Position numbers and translations under genes: made by a program
Source: a bacterium
GTDB lineage: Bacteria > Planctomycetota > UBA1135 > UBA2386
Reading direction: 5' to 3'
Assembly: GCA_024743115.1 (NCBI GenBank)
Contig: JANSXC010000007.1
Coordinates: 59,771-123,770, forward strand
Length of the DNA: 64,000 nt
Shown here: positions 18,761-27,443 of the stretch, piece by piece
Numbering within the stretch: position 1 is the first letter of the stretch
How the letters are laid out: the number at the start of each line of letters is the position of its first letter
Notes under the pieces: generated by a model
What the model was told of the DNA's origin: nothing
The model's input: the letters and a program-made list of their open reading frames with translations, nothing else
Database searches by the model: none

Positions 18761-19879
18761 ATGAAGTCCTCCGCGTTCCCCCTCGCCGCGGTCGCACTGG
18801 CGGCCTGTTCCGCGATGCCCACCGACCCTGCCACCCGTTCCGTCTCCCAGCGTCCGTTCGGAATCGACCAGAACGATCAACCCGCCACCCTCTGGACCTT
18901 GCGCGCCAAGGGCCTGGAGATCGACGTGACCGATCACGGCGCCACGCTCGTCGCGGTCCGCGTGCCAGACGCCGCCGGAACGCTCGCCGACGTGATCCTC
19001 GGCTTCGACGACGTCTCGGGCTACGAGTCGGACAGCAACCAGTACTTCGGTTGCACGACCGGCCGGGTCTGCAACCGCATCGCGCAGGGCCGATTCACGC
19101 TCGACGGCGAGGAGTTCCGACTCGCGGTCAACAACGGCCCCAACCACCTGCACGGCGGTGCTGTGCGCAGCCTCGACAAGGTGCACTGGCAGACCGAAGT
19201 GATCGATCACGGCAGCGCGCCCGCGATCCGGTTCACGTATCGGAGCCCCGAGGGCGAGGAGGGCTATCCCGGTGCCCTCGAGATCCGCTCGACCTACCGA
19301 CTCGACGACGAGGGACTGCACATGATCCTCGAAGCCACGACCGATCGACGCACGCCGGTCAACCTCACGAACCACGCCTACTGGAACCTGTCGGGCGCGG
19401 GCGCCGACACCGTGCTCGATCACGAACTGCAGATCCACGCGGACGAATACACGCCCACCGACGACACGCTGGTGCCGACCGGCGCCATCGCGCCGGTGGC
19501 GTCCGCGCTCGACTTCCGCGAACGCGAGCTGATCGGCGCGCGCATCAACTCCCTCGACGACTCCCCCGCTGCGGGCTATGACCACAACTACGTCCTGCGC
19601 GACGGCGACGGCATGCGCCACGCGGCGACGCTGCGCAACCTCGCCAACGGTCGCCGCATGGACGTCTACACCGATCAGCCCGGCCTGCAGCTGTATTCCG
19701 GCAACTGGCTGTCCGGCCAGACCGGCAAGGGCGGTAAGAGCTACCCCCGCCGCAGCGCCGTCTGCCTCGAGACGCAGTTCTTCCCGGACTCCGTGAACCA
19801 GCCGGCATTTCCGAGCACGATCCTCGATCCGGGCGCGACCTACCGCTCGACGACGACGATTCGGTTCGCGAACCGGTAA
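18761..19879 (+). CDS. galM: Aldose 1-epimerase (galactose mutarotase), lipoprotein signal
   Basis: 372 aa. LAAVALAAC lipobox. Family-typical GFDDVSGYESDSNQYFGCTTGRVCNRIAQGRFTLDGEEFRLAVNNGPNHLHGG and YRSPEGEEGYPG. Confidence 0.85.
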   Translation: MKSSAFPLAAVALAACSAMPTDPATRSVSQRPFGIDQNDQPATLWTLRAKGLEIDVTDHGATLVAVRVPDAAGTLADVILGFDDVSGYESDSNQYFGCTTGRVCNRIAQGRFTLDGEEFRLAVNNGPNHLHGGAVRSLDKVHWQTEVIDHGSAPAIRFTYRSPEGEEGYPGALEIRSTYRLDDEGLHMILEATTDRRTPVNLTNHAYWNLSGAGADTVLDHELQIHADEYTPTDDTLVPTGAIAPVASALDFRERELIGARINSLDDSPAAGYDHNYVLRDGDGMRHAATLRNLANGRRMDVYTDQPGLQLYSGNWLSGQTGKGGKSYPRRSAVCLETQFFPDSVNQPAFPSTILDPGATYRSTTTIRFANR

Positions 19880-19888
19880 GCTGGCCTC

Positions 19889-20845
19889 GTGATCCGCATC
19901 CTCGCTGGCCTGCTGCTCTGCGCGCTCGCGCTGCGGGCGCAGGAACCCGCGTTCGAGTTCCTGCTCGAACCACCGAAGGGCCTGCCCAAGATGGTGCTGC
20001 CGACGGCCTACGAGCCGACGCCCGCGATGTTCGCGCTCGGCCAGCGCCTGTTCCACGACGCGATGCTCAGCGCCGATCGCTCGGTGTCCTGCGCCACGTG
20101 CCATCCTGCCCCGGGCTTCGCGCACCCGGATCCTCGCCCGGCCGGGGTCGGCGGGCGCCGCGCGAAACGCCACGCGCCCTCACTGTTCAACCGCGGCTAC
20201 AGCACGCTCCAACGCTGGGACGGTGCGAGCGCGAGCCTCGAAGCGTTCGTGCTGGAGCCGATCGCCGATCCCAACGAGATGGCGCTCGCACTCGACGACG
20301 CGCTCGCGCGATTGGCCGACGACGACCGCTATCGCGCCGAGTTCGAGCGCGTGTTTGGCGGCAAACCGGATCGCACCTCACTGCAGCGGGCACTCGCGAC
20401 GTTCGTGCGCGGGATCGTGCGCGGCGACTCGGCGTACGACCGCTTCTTGAACGGTGACCACGGCGCGATGACGGCCGAACAACGCACCGGCTTCTGGCTC
20501 TTCGAGAGCAAGGCCAAGTGCTGGCAGTGCCACACGCCCGGATTGTTCACGGACGAGAAGTTCCACAACACCGGCATCGGGGTCAGGGACGACAAGCCCG
20601 AACCCGGCCGGGCGCGCGTGACGAAGGCCACGGCGGACACCGGCGCGTTCAAGACGCCGACCCTGCGCGGCGTTGCGCTCACCGCGCCCTACATGCACGA
20701 CGGTTCGCTACCGACCCTGCAGGCCGTCGTCGAGTTCTACGTGCGCGGCGGCAACCGCAACCCGCACCTGGACTCCCGAATGCAGCCGCTCGAGCTCTCG
20801 GCAACCGAGCAACGCGCGCTCATCGCGTTCCTCGAGTCGCTCTGA
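19889..20845 (+). CDS. Di-haem cytochrome c peroxidase (CCP/MauG family)
   Basis: GTG start. Signal peptide MIRILAGLLLCALALRAQ. Two CXXCH motifs (CATCH, CWQCH). Also FKTPTLRGVALTAPYMHDGS. Confidence 0.9.
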   Translation: MIRILAGLLLCALALRAQEPAFEFLLEPPKGLPKMVLPTAYEPTPAMFALGQRLFHDAMLSADRSVSCATCHPAPGFAHPDPRPAGVGGRRAKRHAPSLFNRGYSTLQRWDGASASLEAFVLEPIADPNEMALALDDALARLADDDRYRAEFERVFGGKPDRTSLQRALATFVRGIVRGDSAYDRFLNGDHGAMTAEQRTGFWLFESKAKCWQCHTPGLFTDEKFHNTGIGVRDDKPEPGRARVTKATADTGAFKTPTLRGVALTAPYMHDGSLPTLQAVVEFYVRGGNRNPHLDSRMQPLELSATEQRALIAFLESL

Positions 20846-20874
20846 GCGCCGCTACATCGACGGCGCCGCACGAT

Positions 20875-22731
20875 TCAGCGCGCAACTTCGACGCAGTCGA
20901 TCAGCCCCGCGTCGCCCGGAGTCGCGTCCTCGAACACGAGCGTGCGCGCATTGCCACGCCCTTCCATCGTGATGCGAACGGGCCGACCCGCCGCTGTGCG
21001 CGCAACGGCGGTGTCCGGCGCGATCACCTGCAGCTCGGCGGCGAACGGCGGCTCGTCGGCCGACAACTTGCAGCTCGCGAACCGGCGCTCGTCACGCCAA
21101 CGCACGATCACGTAGCGCGAGCCGCGGGCGCAGTCGACGCGAAACCAGCTCTCCTTGCTGGGCCGGCGGGAGTTGGCTGCGCCAGCCTTCGGATTGCCGA
21201 CGAACGCAACGCGCTCGAACTCACCATTCGCCGTGACGAAGCCGGCGAGCGCCGCCGTGATCGCCGTCGCTGACGCGGCATCGCGAAACGCGTCGTCCAC
21301 GGCACTCGCGTCACCACGCACCAGACGCTCCAGCAGCGCGATGCCACGATCCGCCTGACGCGTCGCGACCGGATCCGCCGCGAATCCGCCCTGTGCCACG
21401 CGCACCGATCCCTGGAGCCCTTCGCCGATCAGCCGCAGCTTGCCGCCAAGCGACACGATCTGCAGTCGACCGCCGGTCGGCAGCTCGAAGATCCCGACAA
21501 ACCGGGCCGCGTCACTCGCGCCGACCGCGCCGGCAGACGTCCCACCCGGCGGCGGCGCCGGGGTCCTCGCGCCGGGAGCTGGCGTCGGCGGTTTCGCGGC
21601 CGCGCCACCGGCAACCGCCCCGGGCGTGAGCTCACGCGCAAGCTCACTGAGCAGCGCGCTCTCGAGCGCGTCGATGTTCGTAGCTTTGCCGGCACAGATG
21701 ACCACCCACGAACGCGATCGCTCGTGCAGCGTCCAGCGCGTCCGATAACCCGGCGTGCGCCCCTCGAACACGCGCAGTTTCTGCCCGCCGGCGTCCGTCT
21801 CGCGAACGGCGAATGCGCCACCCGCCAGCGGCCGCCACCACAGGTCTCGCAAGCGAGCGTCGAGCAGTTCGCCCGCGGTCGCGTTGGCGAGCAACTCGTG
21901 CACGTCGTGCACGGACGCCAGGATCCCGCTCGCACCACGGTACCGCCAGTTGTAGTTCAACGCGGTCGCCTTCTCGTCGCCCATCGGCTTCCGCCGCATC
22001 GTCTCGAGACGGTTACTGACCGAACTGCCGCAGTGGTTCGCCCCCTTCATGCCGAACGGTTTGAGAACCGTGCTCGCGAGCGCCTTGTCGTAACGCCCAC
22101 CGACCTGTTCGAGCACGAGCGCCAACAGCGTGGCGTTCAGCGTCGAGTAAAGGAACTTGCCGCCCGGCGGATGCGCGAGCCGGGCCTGCCCAAGCAGGCG
22201 AGCCGTCGCGCGCGAGTCCTTCGCGACGCCGTTCGGCCATTTGACCTCCTCGGGCAGCCCGGACGTATGGCGCATGAGGTCCTGCACCGTGATCCCACGC
22301 TTGTCGGCCGGCCAGTCACCGAGGTGCTTGCCGATCGGGTCGGACAGCTGCAGTTTGCCGGTCGCCTCGAGACGCAGCGCGAGCAGATGCGCCAACGACT
22401 GACTCGCCCCGCCGAGATCGAACAGGGCCTTCGTCGACATCGCCTTGAGCTTGCGCCCGCGCTTGGCCCCCTTGCGATCGAGCGCGCCAAAACTCCAGGC
22501 GAACACCGGCTTGCTCTCGTGCGCGACGAGCACCGTGCCCCAGACGTACTTGGAGTTCGCGAGCGCCGCGGTTTCGAGGCGCTTGCCCAGATCGCCGGCG
22601 ACGATCGAGTTCGCCGGCCGCCGCTGCGCCGGAGCCCGGGTTGCCAGCGACAGGGTTGCCAGAGACAGTCCAACGAGCAGCCAGGCAGTTCGCACGCCGG
22701 CAGCATAGAACGGTATGCTGCATTTGCCCAT
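20875..22731 (-). CDS. Beta-lactamase-family (serine hydrolase fold) secreted protein with degenerate catalytic motifs and an extra C-terminal domain
   Basis: Start at ATG 22731 (MGKCS...), with an alternative GTG at 22695 (VRTAWLLVGLSLATLSLATRAPAQ). Fold-typical stretches include FDLGGASQSLAHLLAL and FLYSTLNATLLALVLEQV. The track ORF to 23100 overlaps the divergent neighbour. Confidence 0.7.
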   Translation of the reverse strand: MGKCSIPFYAAGVRTAWLLVGLSLATLSLATRAPAQRRPANSIVAGDLGKRLETAALANSKYVWGTVLVAHESKPVFAWSFGALDRKGAKRGRKLKAMSTKALFDLGGASQSLAHLLALRLEATGKLQLSDPIGKHLGDWPADKRGITVQDLMRHTSGLPEEVKWPNGVAKDSRATARLLGQARLAHPPGGKFLYSTLNATLLALVLEQVGGRYDKALASTVLKPFGMKGANHCGSSVSNRLETMRRKPMGDEKATALNYNWRYRGASGILASVHDVHELLANATAGELLDARLRDLWWRPLAGGAFAVRETDAGGQKLRVFEGRTPGYRTRWTLHERSRSWVVICAGKATNIDALESALLSELARELTPGAVAGGAAAKPPTPAPGARTPAPPPGGTSAGAVGASDAARFVGIFELPTGGRLQIVSLGGKLRLIGEGLQGSVRVAQGGFAADPVATRQADRGIALLERLVRGDASAVDDAFRDAASATAITAALAGFVTANGEFERVAFVGNPKAGAANSRRPSKESWFRVDCARGSRYVIVRWRDERRFASCKLSADEPPFAAELQVIAPDTAVARTAAGRPVRITMEGRGNARTLVFEDATPGDAGLIDCVEVAR

Positions 22732-22765
22732 GCCGTGCCGCCACGAGCCCACCGTCCGCGCTGCC

Positions 22766-23281
22766 ATGCTCGCACTGCTGCTCCCCGGAGCGTGCTCAAC
22801 GGACCCCGAACCGACCGCCGGCGGCACTGGCGCAGCGGCGATGCGCGACGCCGGCAACCAGCCCGAACGCCCGGCCAACCCGATGCCGACGCTACCGGTC
22901 GACCGCTCGGTCGCCGGCCGTCTGCTCGCGGGCAACGTCAACGTCACCGAACTGCAACTCAGCGCAGAGATCGCAAAGACCACGGTCCGCGAGATCATCG
23001 ACCGCGCCCTGGCGAACGACGGCGCACTCGCCGGAAGGGCGCCTGATGCAATCGCGCAGCTGGGCCCGACCGCCGTTCCGGGCCTGCTGGCCGAACTCAC
23101 CGATGAAGACCCGCGTCATCGCCGCATCGCTGCGCTGACGTTCCTCAGCCTCGCCAACACCCTGCACGAACTCGGCCCGACCGCGAACGCCGAACTCGCC
23201 GCCGCACTGGCCGCGGCGCGTGAGGACACGGATCCGATAGTAGCGACGGCGGCCAAGCACGCGCTGCGGCGACTCGGGTAG
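22766..23281 (+). CDS. Small HEAT-repeat lipoprotein
   Basis: Lipobox LLLPGAC. HEAT-like GPTAVPGLLAELTDEDPRHRRIAALTFL and DTDPIVATAAKHALRRLG. The start is ATG 22766 or ATG 22715. The latter gives a charged n-region but would overlap the divergent gene by 17 nt. Confidence 0.65.
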   Translation: MLALLLPGACSTDPEPTAGGTGAAAMRDAGNQPERPANPMPTLPVDRSVAGRLLAGNVNVTELQLSAEIAKTTVREIIDRALANDGALAGRAPDAIAQLGPTAVPGLLAELTDEDPRHRRIAALTFLSLANTLHELGPTANAELAAALAAAREDTDPIVATAAKHALRRLG

Positions 23282-23441
23282 GCCGAGCAGGGGCCGGGGT
23301 GCCGCCAAGTAGACCAAGGCGAACGCCCCCTGACGCAGCGTCGAATGACTCACGGCTTCATGAGTGGTAGCGGAGGTGGGCTTCGGACCTGCGACCCCTC
23401 TACTCCGAAACTGATGACCGAAGGAAGCCGTCAGCCCCCAC

Positions 23442-25235
23442 CTAATCCCCCTCCGGCTCCCGCATCATCGCCACGAGCTCCCGCGCCTTCTGCGACGGCC
23501 TCGGACACAACGGTGTCAGCACCAACGCCACCGCGAAGTTGAGCACCATGCCCACGATGCCAATCCCCTGCGGTCCGATGCCGAAGCACCAACGTTCCCA
23601 ACCGAAGTAAACCGTCCCGAGAATGTAGCTCGCCGTGAACGTGATGCCGGTGAGCATGCCGGCGATCGCGGGGATCGCGCTCGTTCGCTTGCCGAAGATG
23701 CCGAGCACGAGGACGGGGAAGAACGACGACGCGGCGAGGCCGAACGCGAACGCGACGACCTGGGAGACGAAGCCCGGCGGGTAGATGCCGAAGATGCCGG
23801 CGACGACGACGGCAAGTCCGATCGTCGTCCGCGAGACGCGTAGGCGCTGGGCCTCGGTCGCCTGCGGTCGCAGCATGCGGTAGTAGAGGTCGTGCGCGAT
23901 GCTGCTGCTGATCACGAGCAGGAGCCCCGACGCGGTCGACAGCGCGGCGGCCAGCCCACCCGCCGCCACGAGCGCGATGATCCACGCCGCGAGCTGCGCC
24001 ATCTCCGGAGTAGCGAGCACGAGAATGTCCGCATCGAACCCACTGAGGTTCTTGGCCGTCATCACGGCGCGGCCATCGCTACCGCGTTCGCCGCCGCTCT
24101 CGAGCCAGGTCGCGTGGTCCGCGCGAATCTCCGCGAACTCGACCGCGGGCAGCGCGCCGACGCGGAACACCTCGTTCTGCTCCTGCTGCGCAGCCCCGTG
24201 ATAGGCGAGCTTGCCATCCCCATCGTCGAGCCAGACGACGAGCCCCGTCTGCTCCCACGTGCGATACCAGGACGGCAGCTCGGCCTCGGTCTTGCCGTGC
24301 AGACTCTCGAAGACGTAGTAGCGCGCGAACGCCGCCGTCGCGGGCGCGGTGAGATAGAGCAGCGCGATGAAGAACAACGCGAAGAACCCGGACCATCTGG
24401 CCGCGCCCACGTTCTTGACCGTGTAGAAGCGGACGATGACGTGCGGCAGCCCAGCCGTGCCCACCATGAGCGCGGCGGCAGTGCAGAAGACGTTGAGCTG
24501 GTCCCAGCTGCCGACGAACGCGGTCGTGTAGTCCGCGAAGCCGAGATCGCGATGGATCTGATCGAGCTTGTCGAGCACGGGCACGCCGCTCGACAGCTCG
24601 CTGCCCATGCCGACCTGCGGCACGGGCTCACCCGTGAGCTGCCAGCTGATCGCGACCGCGGGGATCACGAACGCGGCGATCAGCACCCAGTACTGCGCAA
24701 CCTGCGTCCACGTGATTCCCTTCATTCCGCCGAGCGTCGCGTAGACGAACACGAGCGCCATGCCGATCGCGACACCGACGTCGACGTCGACCTCGAGGAA
24801 GCGGGCAAACACGATGCCGACGCCGCGCATCTGACCCGCGACGTAGCAGAAGCTCACGAACAGCGCGCAGAGCAACGCCGTCAACCGCGCCGCCGACGAC
24901 TCGTAGCGATCGCCGACGAAGTCCGGCACGGTGTAGTGGCCGCACTTCCGCAGGTAGGGTGCGAGCAACAGCGCGAGCAGGACGAAGCCGCCGGTCCAGC
25001 CGATCAGGTAGACGCCGCCGGCATAGCCGAGGAAGGAGATCAGCCCCGCCATCGACAGGAACGACGCCGCGGACATCCAGTCGGCCGCGGTCGCCATGCC
25101 GTTCGCGAGCGCCGGCACGCCGCGACCCGCGACGTAGAAGCCCTGGGTGTCGCGCACGCGCGCGCGCCACGCAAGGAACAGGTAGAGACTGAACGTCAAG
25201 CCAACGAACAGGAACGTCCAGGCCTGGACCGTCAC
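23442..25235 (-). CDS. Sodium:solute symporter family permease (VC_2705-like, cation/acetate symporter-related)
   Basis: 597 aa and multi-TM. N-terminal FYVAGRGVPALANGMATAADWMSAASFLSMAGL is typical of SSF. It has a 4-nt start overlap with the DUF4212 gene upstream, which is the known pairing. Confidence 0.85.
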   Translation of the reverse strand: MTVQAWTFLFVGLTFSLYLFLAWRARVRDTQGFYVAGRGVPALANGMATAADWMSAASFLSMAGLISFLGYAGGVYLIGWTGGFVLLALLLAPYLRKCGHYTVPDFVGDRYESSAARLTALLCALFVSFCYVAGQMRGVGIVFARFLEVDVDVGVAIGMALVFVYATLGGMKGITWTQVAQYWVLIAAFVIPAVAISWQLTGEPVPQVGMGSELSSGVPVLDKLDQIHRDLGFADYTTAFVGSWDQLNVFCTAAALMVGTAGLPHVIVRFYTVKNVGAARWSGFFALFFIALLYLTAPATAAFARYYVFESLHGKTEAELPSWYRTWEQTGLVVWLDDGDGKLAYHGAAQQEQNEVFRVGALPAVEFAEIRADHATWLESGGERGSDGRAVMTAKNLSGFDADILVLATPEMAQLAAWIIALVAAGGLAAALSTASGLLLVISSSIAHDLYYRMLRPQATEAQRLRVSRTTIGLAVVVAGIFGIYPPGFVSQVVAFAFGLAASSFFPVLVLGIFGKRTSAIPAIAGMLTGITFTASYILGTVYFGWERWCFGIGPQGIGIVGMVLNFAVALVLTPLCPRPSQKARELVAMMREPEGD

Positions 25236-25591
25236 GCGTCACCCTCCGTCGCCGACGACGCCGACGACGCATCCGCATCCTCGGCGAGCAACCGCGCCAC
25301 TTGGCGACGGTGCGCACGATCTAGCCGCCCCATCACGACCGCGTAGATCAGGATCAGCACGACGAACGCGATGATGGCGCCCTGCTGCGCGAACCAGAAC
25401 CCGAGCGGGAAGCCGCCGAGACGATGCTCGTTCAACGGCTCGGCGAACAGCACGCCACAGCCGAGTCCGGCAAGAAACCAACCGACGAGCAGCGCAAGCG
25501 TCAGGAACAGGTTGCGACGCCAGTAGCGCGCGTTGGCGCGCTGCACTTCGGTCGTGATCGGGGTCGCGGTCGGGGTCGGCGACGAAGACAT
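25232..25591 (-). CDS. DUF4212 small membrane protein (putative solute symporter small subunit)
   Basis: Start reset to ATG 25591. ARYWRRNLFLTLALLVGWFLAGLGCGVLFAEPLN...FPLGFWFAQQGAIIAFVVLILIY matches the DUF4212 pattern. ATGA overlap with the symporter. Confidence 0.75.
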   Translation of the reverse strand: MSSSPTPTATPITTEVQRANARYWRRNLFLTLALLVGWFLAGLGCGVLFAEPLNEHRLGGFPLGFWFAQQGAIIAFVVLILIYAVVMGRLDRAHRRQVARLLAEDADASSASSATEGDA

Positions 25592-25614
25592 GCGGGCATG
25601 GTAGCCTCGTACAC

Positions 25615-27417
25615 GTGAGAACCTACGCACGGACCGTCGTTCCTCTCGTGCTGGCGATCGCCACCTCGACGGCGCCGAACCTCACCGCGCAAGACCGCCG
25701 TGAACCGATCCGCGGCAGCGTCGAGCTCCAGGATGGCGCGCCGTGGGCGGGCGCGACCGTGCACCTGCTGTCGCGCCCGCTCGCGCTCGACGAACGCATC
25801 GGCAAACCGGATGAACTGCAGATTCGGACCGACGCGAAGGGCCGGTTCACAGCACAACTGCTCGTCGGTCGCAGTTACCTCGCCTGGGCCGTCGAGCCCA
25901 TCGACGGCGACCGCCTCCGCATCTCGCGACCGGCCGAGCAGGTGCTCGCCGGGCAACCGCTAACGCTCGAGCTCGACGGCGAGATCGCGCGCCGCAAGCT
26001 CAGGTTCGAAGGTCTCGATTCGTGGCGAGCACGCGGCGAAGTCGTCGCCCGGGTCCTCACGACGACCGTGCCGAGTGTCGTCGTCGAGACGGTGCTGACG
26101 GGCGACGAATGGCTACTGCCGGCGCTGCCCGGCCGCGGCGGGCACCTCGAACTCGCCTGCGGCGAGATGCCGCTGCAGCAATGGCCGCGCCCGATCGATC
26201 TTCGCAGCGAGCAGCCCCGGCCGATTCGCGTGCGCCGCGGCCGCGCCGTGAAAGTGCGCGTGCAGGACGACAAGGCGCAACCCGTCGCGAACGCGACGCT
26301 CTCGTTGCGCACGATCGACCCGGCCGGTGGCGCCCGCGTCCACGATGCGACCATCGGCCAGACGGACAGCGCCGGCGCGGCCACGGTCGTGCTGCCGATC
26401 CCTCGCGACCGCAAGTTTCACTGGCACAACTACGCATTCGGCATCTCGGCCAAGGGCTTTGCCCCGCTCGCGAACGTCTCGACCGTTCTCGTGCCGAAGG
26501 ATCACGACCCCGCGGGCAAGGACGCGGCGATCACGGCGACGCTGACCGCCGGCACCAGCCATGCCCTGGTCCTTCGGCGCGGCAGCGAACCATTCGCCGC
26601 GCCGGTCTCGGTCGCGCAGCGCACGACGAGTTCGGGGGGCGAATTCGTCAGCTACGGCGACGGTTCGACGATCAGGCGGCCCGCCCAGAACGGGGAGCTG
26701 ACGATCCGCCGCCTCGCGAACGATCCCGTGCTGCTCGTCGGCGCGACGGCCGACCTGGCACCATCGCCATCGTCAGAGCAGCGGCCGGCACCGCTCCACC
26801 CGATCGCCTTGCTCGGCCGAATCGCCAGTGACGAAAACCACGAACGCCTGACCTGGCAACTCGACAACCTTCGCCGACTGTCGTGCCGCGTCGACCTCGG
26901 TGGCGTGCCCATGCCCCACGCCAGGCTCGCGGTTGTGTTGCCCGGCAGCGGTCCGATGCGCCGCGCCCTCAATGACATCGTCACCGATCGCACGGGCCGC
27001 ATCGCGATCCTCGTGCCGCCCGACCTGCCCTTGCACATCGTCGCCTGGACCGACCACGGCTTCGCGATCGCACGCAACGTCCAGGCAGCAGGCAAGGTCG
27101 AACTCGCGCTCACGCTGCAGCCAATCGACTCGGTCGGCGGCGAAGTTCGCACGGCCAACGACACACCCGTGCCGAACGCGACGGTGCAGTACTACGTCCG
27201 CACGCAGACGCCGGAATTGCTGCCACTCGCGCGAGCCATCCAGACCCTCAAACCACGCACCGACGCCGCGGGCCAGTTCTCGCTGCCGCTGTTCCCGGGC
27301 CTGGAGTATTCCGTGCGTGCCGTGGTCACCGCGCGCGGCGAACACTACCTCGACAGCGACGACTTCCTCGTCGGCCGCGACACCCCACCGAGCATCGAAC
27401 TACGGCTCCGCAAGTAG
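25615..27417 (+). CDS. Secreted CarboxypepD_reg-like repeat protein
   Basis: GTG start. Signal peptide MRTYARTVVPLVLAIATSTAPNLTAQ. Repeated G-x-V...D-x-x-G-x-F/A beta-sandwich units. Confidence 0.75.
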   Translation: MRTYARTVVPLVLAIATSTAPNLTAQDRREPIRGSVELQDGAPWAGATVHLLSRPLALDERIGKPDELQIRTDAKGRFTAQLLVGRSYLAWAVEPIDGDRLRISRPAEQVLAGQPLTLELDGEIARRKLRFEGLDSWRARGEVVARVLTTTVPSVVVETVLTGDEWLLPALPGRGGHLELACGEMPLQQWPRPIDLRSEQPRPIRVRRGRAVKVRVQDDKAQPVANATLSLRTIDPAGGARVHDATIGQTDSAGAATVVLPIPRDRKFHWHNYAFGISAKGFAPLANVSTVLVPKDHDPAGKDAAITATLTAGTSHALVLRRGSEPFAAPVSVAQRTTSSGGEFVSYGDGSTIRRPAQNGELTIRRLANDPVLLVGATADLAPSPSSEQRPAPLHPIALLGRIASDENHERLTWQLDNLRRLSCRVDLGGVPMPHARLAVVLPGSGPMRRALNDIVTDRTGRIAILVPPDLPLHIVAWTDHGFAIARNVQAAGKVELALTLQPIDSVGGEVRTANDTPVPNATVQYYVRTQTPELLPLARAIQTLKPRTDAAGQFSLPLFPGLEYSVRAVVTARGEHYLDSDDFLVGRDTPPSIELRLRK

Positions 27418-27443
27418 TCGAAACGCTGGCGACCGGCCACCAC

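Noticed and set aside
23361-23460. tRNA-like (possibly tRNA-Sec-like) gene on the minus strand, ending ...CCACCUCCGCUACCA, and an SRP-RNA-like GGAAGGAAGC motif on the plus strand.
   Set aside because: On the minus strand no T-arm can be paired (GCAGG/CCCAC do not pair). The putative 5' acceptor strand (AGCCGGAG) has an extra base and lies inside the symporter CDS, and there is no proper anticodon stem. For SRP, the 5' side of the conserved symmetric loop is missing and the 3' half is far too short.
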